Source: Macrostomum lignano (Eukaryota). From it: DNA of 64,000 nt. The position numbers were made by a program, and so were the translations under genes. Below are positions 1-13,139 of this stretch, piece after piece. The stretch lies in contig NIVC01000284.1 in NCBI GenBank assembly GCA_002269645.1, forward strand, positions 186,001-250,000, given 5' to 3'. The notes beneath the pieces were generated by a model that searched no databases, was not told the origin of the DNA, and was given only the letters and a program-made list of their open reading frames with translations. Numbering within the stretch: the first letter of the stretch is position 1; each line of letters opens with the position of its first letter.

Positions 1-3
1 TAA

Positions 4-405
<402 letters not shown>

Positions 406-789
406 GCATATAATTCCTGAAGCGACAGAATCGCATTGCAAGTTTCCGTCTAATTAAGAAAAACAGGAAATGAGAGCTGTTGCAAAGCCCAAACGCTAGC
501 TGTGTCAAATTTGCGTTAATTAATCAATGTATTTCTTTCAAAGCCAAGTTTCTATCGGTCTCAGGAAGTTGCTTCGAATTACAATCATTTGAAAGAGTAA
601 GTTCACAGTTCTCGCGAACCTGCTCTGACGCCACACCCCAGTTCATTTCCTTGTGCTTCGATACAGCTGTTCAGATTTCAACCAGTGCGCTGACAGCACA
701 TCAGTCAACACTACCATGACCTTATAGTTTGCACTGAGTCTACAGACGCGTACATCTATTTGCAATGCTAACATCCATGACAATCGTTA

Positions 790-1760
790 GTTAAGGCGCC
801 AATTCTTCAATTTATTTTGGCGCCATTTCTTCAATTTATTTTGTTGACGCTATTTCTCCAATCAGCTGTGGCGCCATTTCTACAATCAGTTGTGGCGTCA
901 TATATTAAATTACTTTAGCGCCATCTCTCTAATTAGTTGTGGCGCCATCTCTCCAATCAGTTGTGTCGCCTTTTCTCCCAAATTATTTGTGGCGCCATTT
1001 CTCCTATCAGCTGTGGCGCCATTTCTCCTATCAACTGTGGCGCCATTTTTCCAATCAGTTGTGGCGCCATTTCCTCAACCATTTATGGCGCCATTTCTCC
1101 CTAATTATTGCTGGCGCAATCTCTCAAAGTATTTGTGGCGCCATTTCTCCAATCAGTAGTGGCGCCATTCCTCCTATCAGCTGTGGCGCCATTTCCACAA
1201 TCAGATGTGGCGCCATTTCTCCAATCAGCTGTGGCGCCATTTCTACAATCAGTTGTGGCGCCATCTTTTCAATCAGTTGTGGTGCCATCTCTCCAATCAG
1301 TTGTGGCGCCATCTCTCCAATCAGCTGTGGTGCCATTTCTCCAATCAGTAGTGGCGCCATTCCTCCTATCAGCTGTGGCGCCATTTCTACAATCAGATGT
1401 GGCGCCATTTCTCCAATCAGCTGTGGCGCCATTTCTACAATCAGTTGTGGCGCCATCTTTTCAATCAGTTGTGGCGCCATCTCTCCAATCAGTTGTGGCG
1501 CCATCTCTCCAATCAGCTGTGGCGCCATTTCTACAATCAGTTGTGGCGCTATTTCTTGAATCAGTTGTGGCGCCATCTTTTCAATCAGTTGTGGCGCCAT
1601 CTCTCCAATCAGTTGTGGCGCCATCTCTTCAATCAGCTGTGGCGCCATTTCTACAATCAGTTGTGGCGCCATCTCTTCAATTAGTTGTGGCGGCATCTCT
1701 CCAATCAGTTGTGGCGCCATTTCTCCAATCAGTTGTGGCTCCAATCAGTTGGAGTTCTTA
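790..1760. repeat. 24-bp minisatellite (GTTGTGGCGCCATTTCTCCAATCA), array 1
   Basis: Tandem 24-mers, degenerate at the left end; an 8-unit (192 bp) block is repeated (variant CAGTAG at about 1154 and 1346). Confidence 0.95.
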
Positions 1761-2184
1761 CTTCCCCAATTACTGCGCTACACAAAACTCTATCAGCTAT
1801 TTTTAGCAACAACTGACGATATCAGCGACTTATTTGGTGCTTGACGAGATCAGAGGGCGCTGCGGTCATATGAGCGGTTATAAGTTATGTTGGTGCTATG
1901 GGGCAGAGGTGTCCACTGCCCAGCCTACAAGACTTGCTATTCACATTTCTGCCAACTGGGATTCACAGGTCAAGTGAGGGCGACAAGGATAGGAAAAGTT
2001 GTTGAGAAAAAAAGTTTGCTAGCGAGTTAACTCCGTGAACTGCCCCTGCTACCAGTAGACATCGGATATTGACAGGAATTTTACAGGGATATTTACTAAG
2101 CAGTAGGGTAGGATGAAGAGGATGACTTCAAATGGAGAAATGGCGAATCAGAATGGCAAGAAGCTGGATGTAGACAGAGTGGGG

Positions 2185-2950
2185 AAGGCTAGGGTGAGAT
2201 GGAGAGAGACTTTGGTTATAGGGAGAAGGACTAGGGTGAGATGGAGAGAGACTTGGGTTATAGGGAGAAGGACTAGGGTGAGATGGAGAGATACTTTGGT
2301 TATAGGGAGAAGGACTAGGGTGAGATGGAGAGAGACTTGGGTTATAGGGAGAAGGACTAGGGTGAGATGGAGAGAGACTTTGGTTATTTTTTTTAGAGGC
2401 AGGGGGGTTGTGTGCACCTTGGCGCAATTTAAGTGTCATTGGCACACAACCGGCGAGAGGCATTACTGCCCATTCCGCCAACTCCCCTGAGCAGGCATAC
2501 AAGCGCGCGGATACGTTACGCAGGCACACACTCACACAGGAGTGTACAGCGGCCCTAACTTTATCAATTGTTAGGCATGTACACTTCACTGCGCCTTGGG
2601 GGGGTTGGCTCTCAAGGCCGTTAATTGCACAAGCGAGCCAAGCCAAGATTCCAATCCAGCCCCAAATTAATGTGGCTGCACTTGGAATCGAGCCTGGGTC
2701 GCGGCACACCAGAGCAGCTGCGCTACCGCTGGGCTACGGCCCCCTCTGAGACTTTGGTTATAGGGAGAAGGACTAGGGTGAGATGGAGAGAGACTTGGGT
2801 TATAGGGAGAAGGACTAGGCTGAGATGGAGAGAGACTTGGGTTATAGGGAGAAGGACTAGGGTGGGATGGAGAGAGACTTGGGTTATAGGGAGAAGGACT
2901 AGGGTGAGAGCGGGAGGGACTTGGGTGAGATGGAGAGAGACTAGGGTGAT
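2185..2950. repeat. 42-bp minisatellite (GGTTATAGGGAGAAGGACTAGGGTGAGATGGAGAGAGACTT[T/G]) split by a SINE
   Basis: Units at about 2185-2387 resume at 2748-2950 after a 360-bp insert. Confidence 0.93.
2388..2747 (-). mobile_element. tRNA-derived SINE, apparently full length
   Basis: The minus strand begins GGGGGCCGTAGCCCAGCGG. It has an A-box (TAGCCCAGCGG, 2736-2726), a B-box (GGCTCGATTCC, 2694-2684) and an A-rich 3' tail at about 2394-2388. It is flanked by GAGACTTTGGTTAT at 2374-2387 and 2748-2761. A second copy of the body lies at 34820-34980. Confidence 0.8.
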
Positions 2951-2959
2951 TGGGAGTGG

Positions 2960-3040
2960 GGGGAGAGGGAGAGGGAGAGGGAGAGGGAGGGGAGAGGGAG
3001 AGGGAGAGGGAGAGGGAGAGGGAGAGGGAGAGGGAGAGGT
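2960..3040. repeat. (GGGAGA)n purine-rich microsatellite
   Basis: Direct reading. Confidence 0.9.
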
Positions 3041-3768
3041 AGAGAGTAATGTAGGTGAGACGGAGAGAGATCGAGAGAGAGGTTAAGATAATTCTCTGGG
3101 TCAGTAAATCTTACAAAAAGCAAGTCCAGATTCCGATCTCCAACCCATTTCAAAAGCGCTATACAAGCGAGACAATGGGTCAGGCTGTACCTAAAATATG
3201 TCACAAGCAATCAGTGTTACAAGTGTTTGCCAGCTGGTCAGCAAATCCTCTGGTTAATCTGCGATCTCATACAAGGAATGGTAATTGTTGAACTGCAGTG
3301 ACTGCACAGCACTAGCAATAAAAAGGCTTATAAATAATCTTAACTGAGTAATTCCTAGTGGGATTCTATTACAGCAAATCATAGTGTGCAATTAAGGGCT
3401 GGTGACAGCTATATAATGCCAAGTAGAGGTCGCATTTATAATCTGCTAATCTGCCAGCAGTTCGCGTTTCCGTTTTCTTGTTGGCCAAATCGAGACCACT
3501 GCACCAACTGTACAGTAAACTTGTTGCTAAAGAAGTGGTGTGTGGGGAGTTTCACCCAGCAGTTGGACACCCAGAAAGCGCATGTGGTGCACAAACCCAA
3601 CAGATGGGGGATGAAGCAATTAGGAGAGGCCTATAAACCACAGCCTCTGCTTATAGTTGTTGCCATAGCGCAAATTATCGTTGTACTAATAAAACTATTG
3701 TTTCTACTGGTTTTCTTCTATGCCTAATGGTTCTTCCTTGCTCAGCGTTTGAAGCTGAATTTAATAGA

Positions 3769-4770
3769 GTTGTGGCGCCATTTCTCCAATCAGTTGTGGC
3801 GCCATTTCTCCAATCAGTTGTGGCGCCATCTCTCCAATCAGTTGTAGCGCTATTTCTCCAATCAGTTGTGGCGCCATTTCTCCAATCAGTTGTGGCGCAA
3901 TCTCTCCAATCAGTTGTGGCGCCATTTCTCCAATCAGTTGTAGCGCCATTTCTCCAATCAGTTGTGGCGCCATTTCTTGAATCAGTTGTAGCGCTATTTC
4001 TCCAATCAGTTGTGGCGCCATTTCTCCAATCAGTTGTGGCGCTATTTCTCCAATCAGTTGTGGCGCCATTTCTCGAATCAGTTGTGGCGCCATTTCTCCA
4101 ATCAGTTGTGGTGCCATTTCTCCAATCAGTTGTGGCGCCATTTCTCCAATCAGTTGTAGCGCCATTTCTCCAATCAGTTGTGGCGCTATTTCTTGAATCA
4201 GTTGTGGCGCCATTTCTCCAATCAGTTGTGGCGCCATTTCTCCAATCAGTTGTAGCGCCATTTCTCCAATCAGTTGTGGCGCCATTTCTTGAATCAGTTG
4301 TAGCGCTATTTCTCCAATCAGTTGTGGCGCCATTTCTCCAATCAGTTGTGGCGCTATTTCTCCAATCAGTTGTGGCGCCATTTCTCGAATCAGTTGTGGC
4401 GCCATTTCTCCAATCAGTTGTGGTGCCATTTCTCCAATCAGTTGTGGCGCCATTTCTCCAATCAGTTGTAGCGCCATTTCTCCAATCAGTTGTGGCGCTA
4501 TTTCTTGAATCAGTTGTGGCGCTATTTCTTGAATCAATTGTGGCGCCATTTCTCCAATCAGTTGTAGCGCCATTTCTCCAATCAGTTGTGGCGCTATTTC
4601 TTGAATCAGTTGTGGCGCTATTTCTTGAATCAGTTGTGGCGCCACTTCTCTAATCAGTTGTGGCGCCATTTCTTGAATCAGTTGTGGCGCCATTTCTTGA
4701 ATCAGTTGTGGCGCCATTTCTTGAATCAGTTGTGGCGCCATTTCTTGAATCAGTTGTGGCGCCATTTCAG
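3769..4770. repeat. 24-bp minisatellite, array 2 (same family as 790-1760)
   Basis: About 41 units; 13-unit (312 bp) higher-order duplication (variant TCTCGAATC at 4071 and 4383). Confidence 0.96.
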
Positions 4771-5319
4771 TTTTAATCCTACTGCTTAAAATTTTTCAAT
4801 TTTTTACGAACTCTGCAGACGGCCTTGGAGATTAGATATAAGAGGATATTTTGTAACACCGATACATAAACGCCAATATTTTTTGGTCCCAAACCATTTT
4901 TACCAGAAAAAAGATCGGTTGAATTTCTAGCTTCCAAAGTATCCCACACGGTGCTTTTATTTCATGCTTGCAGCCATTCGATCTGCTTCGAACAAGGCCA
5001 TGCAAGTAAAGTGCTCTAGTTTACATAGCATATGCAGCCTCTCTTACTGCAATGCTCGATTTCGCCTAAGTGAATAAGTGCCGAAGCGGTGAAACCGCAG
5101 ATATAGACGAATTGTTTACTTTCGGCTGGTCAAGCGCGTTAAATTGATTAATTATATAACGGCTAGCTGTGAGAGAGCTGCTGACCAAGCACTCGTCTTG
5201 ATCCTATCTCAATGTCTGCATGTTTATCTGTATTTTTGTACCGTAGTATTCATGGTTGACTGTCTGCCAGTGCAGTGTCTTAAATGTAATTAGTTGCGCG
5301 CAACTTCGTTTCTCTTAAC

Positions 5320-5950
5320 ATGGTCCTGATGTCTTAGTATCCTAGTGCCCTAGTTTCTTACGGTCTTAGTGTGTTGGTGTTGTTGTACCAGTGTGTTAAT
5401 TTCTTATTGTCTTAGTGTCTTACAGTCCTAGTGTCTAGGGAGTGTCTAGGTCCTATTGTCTGAATGCCTTAGTGTCCTAATGCCTTAGTGTCTTAATGTC
5501 TTAGTGTCTTAATGTCTTAGTGTCTTAATGTCTTAGTGTCTTAATGTCTTAGTGTCTCAATGTCTTAGTGTCTTAATGTCTTAGTGTCTTGATGTCTTAG
5601 TGTCTTAATGTCTTAGTGTCTTAATGTCATAGTGTCCAAATGCCTTAGTGTCTTAATGTCTTAGTGTCTTAATGTCTTAGTGTCTTAATGCCTTAGTATC
5701 TTGATGTCTTAGTTTCCTAGTGCCCTAGTTTCTTACGGTCTTAGTGTGTTGGTGTTGTTGTGTTATAGTGTGTTAATTTCTTACTGTTTTAGTGTCTTAC
5801 GGTCCTAGTGTCTAGGGGTCTAATGACATAGTGTCTTAATGTCTTAGTGTCTTAGTGTCTTAATGTTTTAGTGTCTTAATTTCCTAGTGTCTTAGTGTCC
5901 TAATGTCTGAATGTCTTGGTCTCTTAATGTCTTACTGTCTTAATGCCCTG
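5320..5950. repeat. 16-bp minisatellite (TGTCTTAGTGTCTTAA)
   Basis: Homogeneous core at about 5460-5700 with degenerate flanks. Confidence 0.9.
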
Positions 5951-6222
5951 GCATTTTAGTGTATTCAGTGTCTACCTGTCACAGCAGTGCTTCCGTTAAC
6001 AATTCCATCTAGCTGTCCCCCACCAAATTCTTTTCCCAAATTCTTGCATTTTTAATCCCAAGACTCTCTCCCCCCCTGTCCTCGATTCTCCTAGTCCTCA
6101 ACTCGCCACGCTCCGAGTGTTTCCCATGCGATCGCCGGCCCTTCAAGTCCACAAACGATTCGTTTCCATCAGTGCGCCGGCACTTCGGGAGATTGTCCGG
6201 GATAAAAAAGATATAAGATAGC

Positions 6223-6259
<37 letters not shown>

Positions 6260-6924
6260 CAGAGAGAGGGAATGGGATCAAACCACTGCAGGGAATGCAT
6301 CTCTGTGGTAGATTGTTCTAGGTAGTTCTAACCGGGTTACTATGGGGAAGCATTACCGATGCGCATTTAGTACTTTCCAGGGAAAAAACATCTATTCCAC
6401 CAAGGAAGGCAGACAAACATTGCGGGCATCCCATTTCCCAAGAAATCTTTCGGTTAACTGCCTTGATTCCAACGAAACAAAACCTTGAAAATCTGATTTT
6501 CATCCGTTTTAAATTGATGTAAAACTTTTTAACGTGCATTCCGGAGGTTTTCGAAAATCCTGCAGCCTGGACACTACTGAATTGTGTATGCGTTAAAGTT
6601 GTACTTTTTATACGTTCTGTCCGCGAGTTTGAAGTTTGCTGGGCACGAGGGCAGTTCGTAGCTGACCTCTGAAAAGCAAATTTTTTAGTTTAGACTTTTT
6701 CCGGAGGTTGCTGGCACGAACATGTCAACGCTAAGTTCGAGTCGGAGTCCTAGGCTAGGATTTGCATAATGGATGCACGTACGGGCCCATATTGCCAATT
6801 ATGGACTCCTAGTAACTAGATATCTGGATTGGAAACAAAGTGGGTCATTCATCAAAGTGGACGGCAAGGAATGTTTTCACATCGCTAGTGTATTCAGTAT
6901 GCTCTGGAGTGAGTCTCTGGAGAA

Positions 6925-7425
6925 ACAAGAGACAGGGGCGCCCACCCCAAGAGACAGGGGCGCCCCACCAAGAGACAGGGACGCCCACCAAGAAACAGGG
7001 GCGCCCACCAAGAAACAGGGGCGCCCACCAAGAAACAGGGGCGCCAACCAAGAGACAGGGGCGCCAAATAAGAGACAGAGGCGCCCCACCAAGAGACGGG
7101 ACGCCCATCAAGAGACCAGAGGCGCCCATCAAGTGACAGAAGCGCTCACCAAGAGACAGGGGCGCGCCACTAAGAGACAGGGACGCCCCACTAAGAGACA
7201 GGGACGCCCCAACAAGAGACAGGGACGCCCCACTAAGAGACAAGAACGCCCCACTAAGAGACAAGGACGCCCCACTAAGAGACAAGAACGCCCCACTAAG
7301 AGACAAGAACGCCCCAACAAGAGACAGGGACGCCCCACTAAGAGACAAGAACGCCCCACTAAGAGACAAGAACGCCCCACTAAGAGACAGGGACGCCCCA
7401 CTAAGAGACAAGAACGCCCCAACAA
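6925..7425. repeat. 21-bp minisatellite (AAGAGACAGGGACGCCCCACT)
   Basis: Tandem 21-mers; explains the TKRQGRP ORFs. Confidence 0.92.
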
Positions 7426-9395
7426 TTCCTCCCTTCAATTAAAAACTGCTGTGTAAGCCACGTTTGCAAGATTTTGTAGGAATTTGGCGCGCACACTGAA
7501 GCTCTTGTTAAAAAAACAATTCCAGTCCCAGTACATCTCAGCGCTTCCCTGTAGTGTGTTCACACTATTGCTGCAAGCGAGGCGAGGCAAGCAGATGAGA
7601 TGAGAGTAGAGGGAATTGGTAAGCAGGCGAGCACACAAGCCTTTAGCAAATTATGGTGATTAGACAAACAATTTCCTACGCAGACTTGAGTATAGGCTGT
7701 GTGAGCTCAGCGGATGAAATTGTCTTTTTTGGAGATGCTGCAGATTCTGCCGCAGTCGGGGCTAATGCTGATTTCCCTTCTTGGCCTGTTTCCCTAATCT
7801 CCACGGCAGGAGTTTAAGCAGAACTAATTCCCTCGGATTTCGTTGCGACTAAGAGCGTATCCCCGGTTGAAAGCTCATTAGTTGCGCTCTTTTGGAGCAA
7901 ATTTTTTTTCTAGAATTTCGTGTACTGTGTACTACTACTCTGATGGTTTAACAATGTCTCTACCTACAACTGATAGTTTTATCACTGACCGTCACACACC
8001 ATGTCAGTCAACCCGATGTACTTTGTTCTACTCGCGCAAATGGCTACACAGTATCACATCTCATGTCCCAGTAATTACTGGAAAAATCGAATTCACGCCC
8101 ATCCCGCGTGAACTCGTCTCTTCCCCAAGTAGTGCAACCCTCCGTCTTCCCCTGTAGCAATCGGAGTTCTTTTGTGACTTTTGCGACAGTCGCAAGCAAG
8201 CGTATCAGTTTGTTTCCTCCTGTTGCCTCTGTATAATAGATAGAGGGAATATTTTTGAACCGGTTTCGTATTTCTTTGGCTAGAAGAGACCAGCCATTAG
8301 TCCTAACACAGGGGACTATATTACAGAGCTCTCCATTTCAGTCAGCAAGCCAATATCCTCTCCGGGTGCCATCCTTTCACTTCATTCATTATGTGGATGG
8401 GTTGAATGGGGGGGTAGCTCAGCTTTGTTGCGCAGCTCTTCTCCTCTTCTCAACCCCATCCCATCCCATCTGCTTGCTGAGTCCTGGTTTGCTTCCTATT
8501 TTTTTCCCTAGACTTCCGCCTCGGAGGCCTAAGAAGTGATCTTTGAGGCCGGCTTGAGCAAGGACTCAGCATTCAGCCTAGCGATGTGGTCGTGTGTGTT
8601 TTTTTCATCATCATAATTCATTGTCATATTCGTCTAGGGAAACAGTTCAGATACGGACGGGGAGTCAGTCAGTCAGTCAGTTCCTGCGACCCTCTTCCGT
8701 AATCTGTCTAAGCTGGAGACTTCAATCAGTCTCACTTCCCTATATCCTGTCTCAGAAATCAATCAAATTCTCAGACATGAGACCGCGTGACAAAGGTTAA
8801 GTTCTATTTTTAGAATTGCTGTGGCTCTTGGCGGGAATTTCTGAGATATCAAGGTTCATTTGAAGATTGCTGAGATGTCAAAGCTCATGAGGGAACTGAT
8901 GAGATTCTATGGCTCATGGAGGGGAGTTGTTAAGATGCCACCAAGCCAAGGGTAGACGGGAGAGGCAGGTTGAAGCATAGCTTAAAGGGAGGCTTTGATG
9001 CTAAAGCTTGCAGGGGATGCTCATATCTTAGGCTAGACAGCTGGCTATCATTTTCCCTAGGATAAGTAACAATACAGGGTCTAAATCTAAATTTAGTTCA
9101 GTATATTCGGAATTTTTCTTTCTTTCTTTATTGCCTCCCTAATGGGGGGGGGCGCTGATTGCTAGTCCAATATACTAAAAATGAGTTGTTTGTATGTATG
9201 TATGTATGTATGATTGATCTAATCTAGTCCAAAGTTACGCTTTATTAGCTTCAAAGTTTCAAACTTTTTAATAAATTGTAAAATTCTTATGGAAATTTTT
9301 TTGGATAGGTTGCTTACATTCCATAGTATCTAAGCGTCATCTGCAGATTCGAATTACTTCTTTCTCTCTCTCTCTCTCTCTCTCTCTCGCAGGCA

Positions 9396-10790
9396 ATGTC
9401 CTCCCTAACCGCCCTGTGCCCTAACGAGACGGCCGAGGACTTGGCTGAGCGCAGCTCGATCCTGAACATCTCCCGGATGTTCCTGGTGTGCATCACGCCG
9501 GGCCTGGCCCTGCTAGGCATCGCGGCCAACTCGGTCAACATTGTTGTGCTCACTCGTAAATGGATGGCCTCATCGACTAATTATTACCTGACAGCGCTGG
9601 CTATCACGGATGTAATCTACTTGCTGCTATTCTATCTAATCACGGTTAAAGTCTATCCAGGTGTACGCTATCAAGCGTGGTTCTTCCACCTGCTGGCGGC
9701 AATGTTCCCGTTAGCGAATCTGTTTAGCAACTTTGCCACCTGGCTAACCTGCTTCTTCACTTTCGAGAGATGGGTGGTAGTCTATAAGCCCATGTTCGGC
9801 AGAAAGTACTGCACAAAGGAACGGGCTAAGCATACTATCGCGGTAATTTTTTTGGCCACGTTGTTCTTCACCTTTCCCAATTTCCTGGAGTATCAAGTGG
9901 ACAGTCAGAATAAAGGTAATTCAACTTCCGCGCCAGCTGTGTATACTTTGGGCAAGACTCAGGCCTACCTAGTGATGAAGCAGTACGGGTACTACCACCT
10001 GTTGCCAATCGTGTTCATCTTTGGCCCACTCGTGTTCCTGGCCGTGTTTAACAGTCTGCTCATCGGCAGCGTAGTCCGCGCCAAAAAGAAGCAGGAGGAG
10101 CTCAGCGCGGCCCTAATCCCGCGTCGGCCGTCGTCAACTCCGCGTCCATCGCAGCAGTATGCCCAGATTCCGATGCTGACGGTGGCTACGCCGCGGGCAA
10201 GCGTCTGCAGCAGCGTGGGCTTGACTGCCGGCAGCAGCGGAAACAACGCCGGAGGCAGCGGCGCCGGCGCTGGGCGCGCATTCGGCGGCGCTTCGGCTAA
10301 AGCGGCCCGCGCCCTGGGCAAGATGCAGTCGCCAACAAGCGGCGGAGGGAACCGGAAGCTGCGAGCCAACTCTGAGCAGAAGATCACGGTGATGCTCATT
10401 GCTGTGGTGATTGTGTTCTGCCTTTGCCAGCTACCGTCCGCATTCGTCACGCTGAAGAAGGCGATCGAGCCGCACTCGAGCTCGCAGTGCTCGGGCAGTC
10501 GGTACGAACCTATTGTCAGCGCCATCGTCAATCTTCTGCTGCTGTTGAACGCCGCCTGCAACTTTGTTCTCTACTCCTGCTTCTCAACGAAGTTCCGCAA
10601 GACCTTTCACCAAGTGTTTATCAATTGCGACAGCCGAGGCCATGCCGATCTGACCACAGTGCTGAACGATTACGACAGAACGCCGCGTTGCAGCGAGGCG
10701 AATATTCACGAGCTGCAGCTGCAGAGCTCGGTTAAAACCTGCCTATTGCAGGTGCCAACCAATGCTCAGGTGAGGCGAGTGTCCTACTGA
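9396..10790 (+). CDS. Rhodopsin-class neuropeptide GPCR, FMRFamide-receptor-like, 464 aa, single coding exon
   Basis: Seven hydrophobic segments with N-terminal NET sequon; SSTNYYLTALAITD (TM2); TWLTCFFTFERW (DRY equivalent); CQLP (TM6); NFVLY (NPxxY equivalent). A (CT)n-CGCAG acceptor lies just upstream of the ATG. Confidence 0.93.
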   Translation: MSSLTALCPNETAEDLAERSSILNISRMFLVCITPGLALLGIAANSVNIVVLTRKWMASSTNYYLTALAITDVIYLLLFYLITVKVYPGVRYQAWFFHLLAAMFPLANLFSNFATWLTCFFTFERWVVVYKPMFGRKYCTKERAKHTIAVIFLATLFFTFPNFLEYQVDSQNKGNSTSAPAVYTLGKTQAYLVMKQYGYYHLLPIVFIFGPLVFLAVFNSLLIGSVVRAKKKQEELSAALIPRRPSSTPRPSQQYAQIPMLTVATPRASVCSSVGLTAGSSGNNAGGSGAGAGRAFGGASAKAARALGKMQSPTSGGGNRKLRANSEQKITVMLIAVVIVFCLCQLPSAFVTLKKAIEPHSSSQCSGSRYEPIVSAIVNLLLLLNAACNFVLYSCFSTKFRKTFHQVFINCDSRGHADLTTVLNDYDRTPRCSEANIHELQLQSSVKTCLLQVPTNAQVRRVSY

Positions 10791-11974
10791 ATCGAAGCAA
10801 CGATTGAATAACTAAATAATACCAACAAGTAAAAGACTCAGCAAGGCGAGTTATTTCGCACATGAGCACATGAGCTAGGTTATAAAAGTTAATCCTACTA
10901 TTGAACATGTTACTCAATAAACGATTTGCATATCAACTTTGAATGAAATTAATTTGTAAATTATTTAATTACCAACTAAGCAAATTTTTTCGGTTGCCAT
11001 GTTTGTCCTTTAAAGGCAATTTTTATTTTTAACGATAAGTTGGTTTTTGCTCCCGAAAATCAGAATGAAACTTTGTTTTAACGCTTGATAAGAAATGACT
11101 TCGCAAGTCGTGGCAAACTTCGATTAGACATAACGAAATAACAAATATTTGTTTCGATATTCTGTGAGTCATTGTCAGTCATATGCACTTTAACTAAATC
11201 ATTATTAACTAATAATGACAACTTGCACTTTTTTAAGTTTCTTTTAATCCGTTGTCAATCTGAAAAGTCGGAAAAAGAGGCTAAAATGATTTTATCTAAT
11301 ATCTTGTCAACCGCGCTGTTTTGCACACGCTAGTAGTTTATTATAATGGCACCTGCCATATAACTTTTAAATGTCTGAGTCACATTTTTGTAGTTTGTAC
11401 ATGTAAATTTGCAGTTGCTTCGTGAGGTAAATTTTAACTTTTTTTAATCCATGGATGCACAACCCTGGGACTACATATGAGCTCGTGAAAGTGCGATGTC
11501 AATTGCGCAAGATCTATTCCTATGTTTAGGTATCACAGTCCATTATAAGGCGAATCACTAAATACCCTTAAGTCCTTGTACTGTATGTATTTACGGTCGT
11601 ACATGTTCTCCTATAACATTATGCATCTGTCTATACAGTGTAATTGTGTAATTTTACAAGCTTTTAATTTCCAATGTTATACATGTACGTAATATTTTTG
11701 TTTTTACTAGTATTATTATTACTATTCTCTCGATAGCTTCGATGTATAATGCGCTTTCAAGCCTGTAATTTTCATATCATTTTTGGCACCATTTTATTGA
11801 ATAAAGCCGCATGTACGCTTTGTTTTAATAAATGAAACTGAGATAAAAAAGTTTTGTGTTAAAAAATGTCGTGTTAAGATTAATATTAAAGTGACTGAAC
11901 TTTGTCTTGTCTCTATGATTGTTGAAATTGACTGCGTTCTTAGTTCGATAAAAACATTGATTTAGTACCTTGTT

Positions 11975-12527
11975 GGACAGGGGATAGATCGAGTTACCTG
12001 TTGACAGGGGATAGTGTCACCTGTTAGACAAGGGATAGTGTCATACCTGTTAAACAGGGGATAGTGTCAACTGTTAGACAGGGGATAGTGTCACCTGTTA
12101 GACAGGGGATAGTGTCACCGGCTAGACAGGGGATAGTGTTACACTTGTTAGACATGGGATAGTGTCACCTGTTAGACAAGGGATAGTGTCAATTGTTAGA
12201 CAGGGGATAGTGTCACCGGCTAGACAGGGGATAGTGTCACCTGTTAGACAGGGGATAGTGTCACACTTGTTAGACAGGGGATAGTGTCACACCTGTTAGA
12301 CAGGGGATAGTGTCACCTGTTAGACAGGGGATAGTGTCACACCTGTTAGACAGGGGGTAGTGTCACACCTGTTAGACAGGGAATAGTGTCACACATGTTA
12401 GACAGGGGATAGTGTCACCTGTTAGACAGGGAATAGTGTCACACATGTTAGACAGGGGGTAGTGTCACACCTGTTAGACAGGGCGTAGTGTCACACCTGT
12501 TAGACAGGGGGTGGTGTCACCTGTTAG
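11975..12527. repeat. 26-bp minisatellite (ACCTGTTAGACAGGGGATAGTGTCAC), array 1
   Basis: Units of 24-27 bp; same family as 62480-63300. Confidence 0.93.
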
Positions 12528-13066
12528 ATTAGGCTTCAACAGCATGCTATGTAAATCTGAAATTAGTTTCACATGCTTTCAACATATTTTAAAGTCCCAG
12601 ATTTATCTAAGACGATTAGATTATTATTTTAACAATAAAATTGGTACGATACTACTAAACCCTAACATGAATGCATACTACAACCAATATTTTTACTTGA
12701 AACTTGTCGTCAAAATCTAGATTGTTTTTAATTAGCCATTGCTCATTATTTAATAAATTGTTTCATTATTAAAAATGTTTTAACTAACAATTCTGGACCA
12801 AATAGGTCTGTGTACTCATAATAGACGTGCTTCTGAGATATTTACAGGAATTAGAGGCTTACAGCAGAGCAGTTTTACGGATGTCGTTTATTTTATTGTA
12901 AACAAGTGCTTTGAGTTCTGAAGGTCCGGTTCCGGCCACCTGATCAGTTGAGCCATTTTCCTGCTTTAAGTAAGTAGGCAAAAAAAAATTATTGCAGGAC
13001 CTACTAGCCATTAAGGTATCGCTTAGTGCTTTGTTTAAAAATAAAATGTCCGTCCTCACTGCTCAG

Positions 13067-13139
13067 GGCCCAGTGGCCTAATGGATAAGGCGTCTGACTT
13101 CGAATCAGAAGATTGCAGGTTCGAGTCCTGCCTGGGTCG
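13067..13139 (+). tRNA. tRNA-Arg (anticodon TCG)
   Basis: 73 nt. Acceptor stem GGCCCAG/CTGGGTC; D-arm TGGCCTAATGGATAAGGC; anticodon arm TCTGA-CT-TCG-AA-TCAGA; T-loop GGTTCGAGTCC; followed by a T6 Pol III terminator. Confidence 0.97.
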
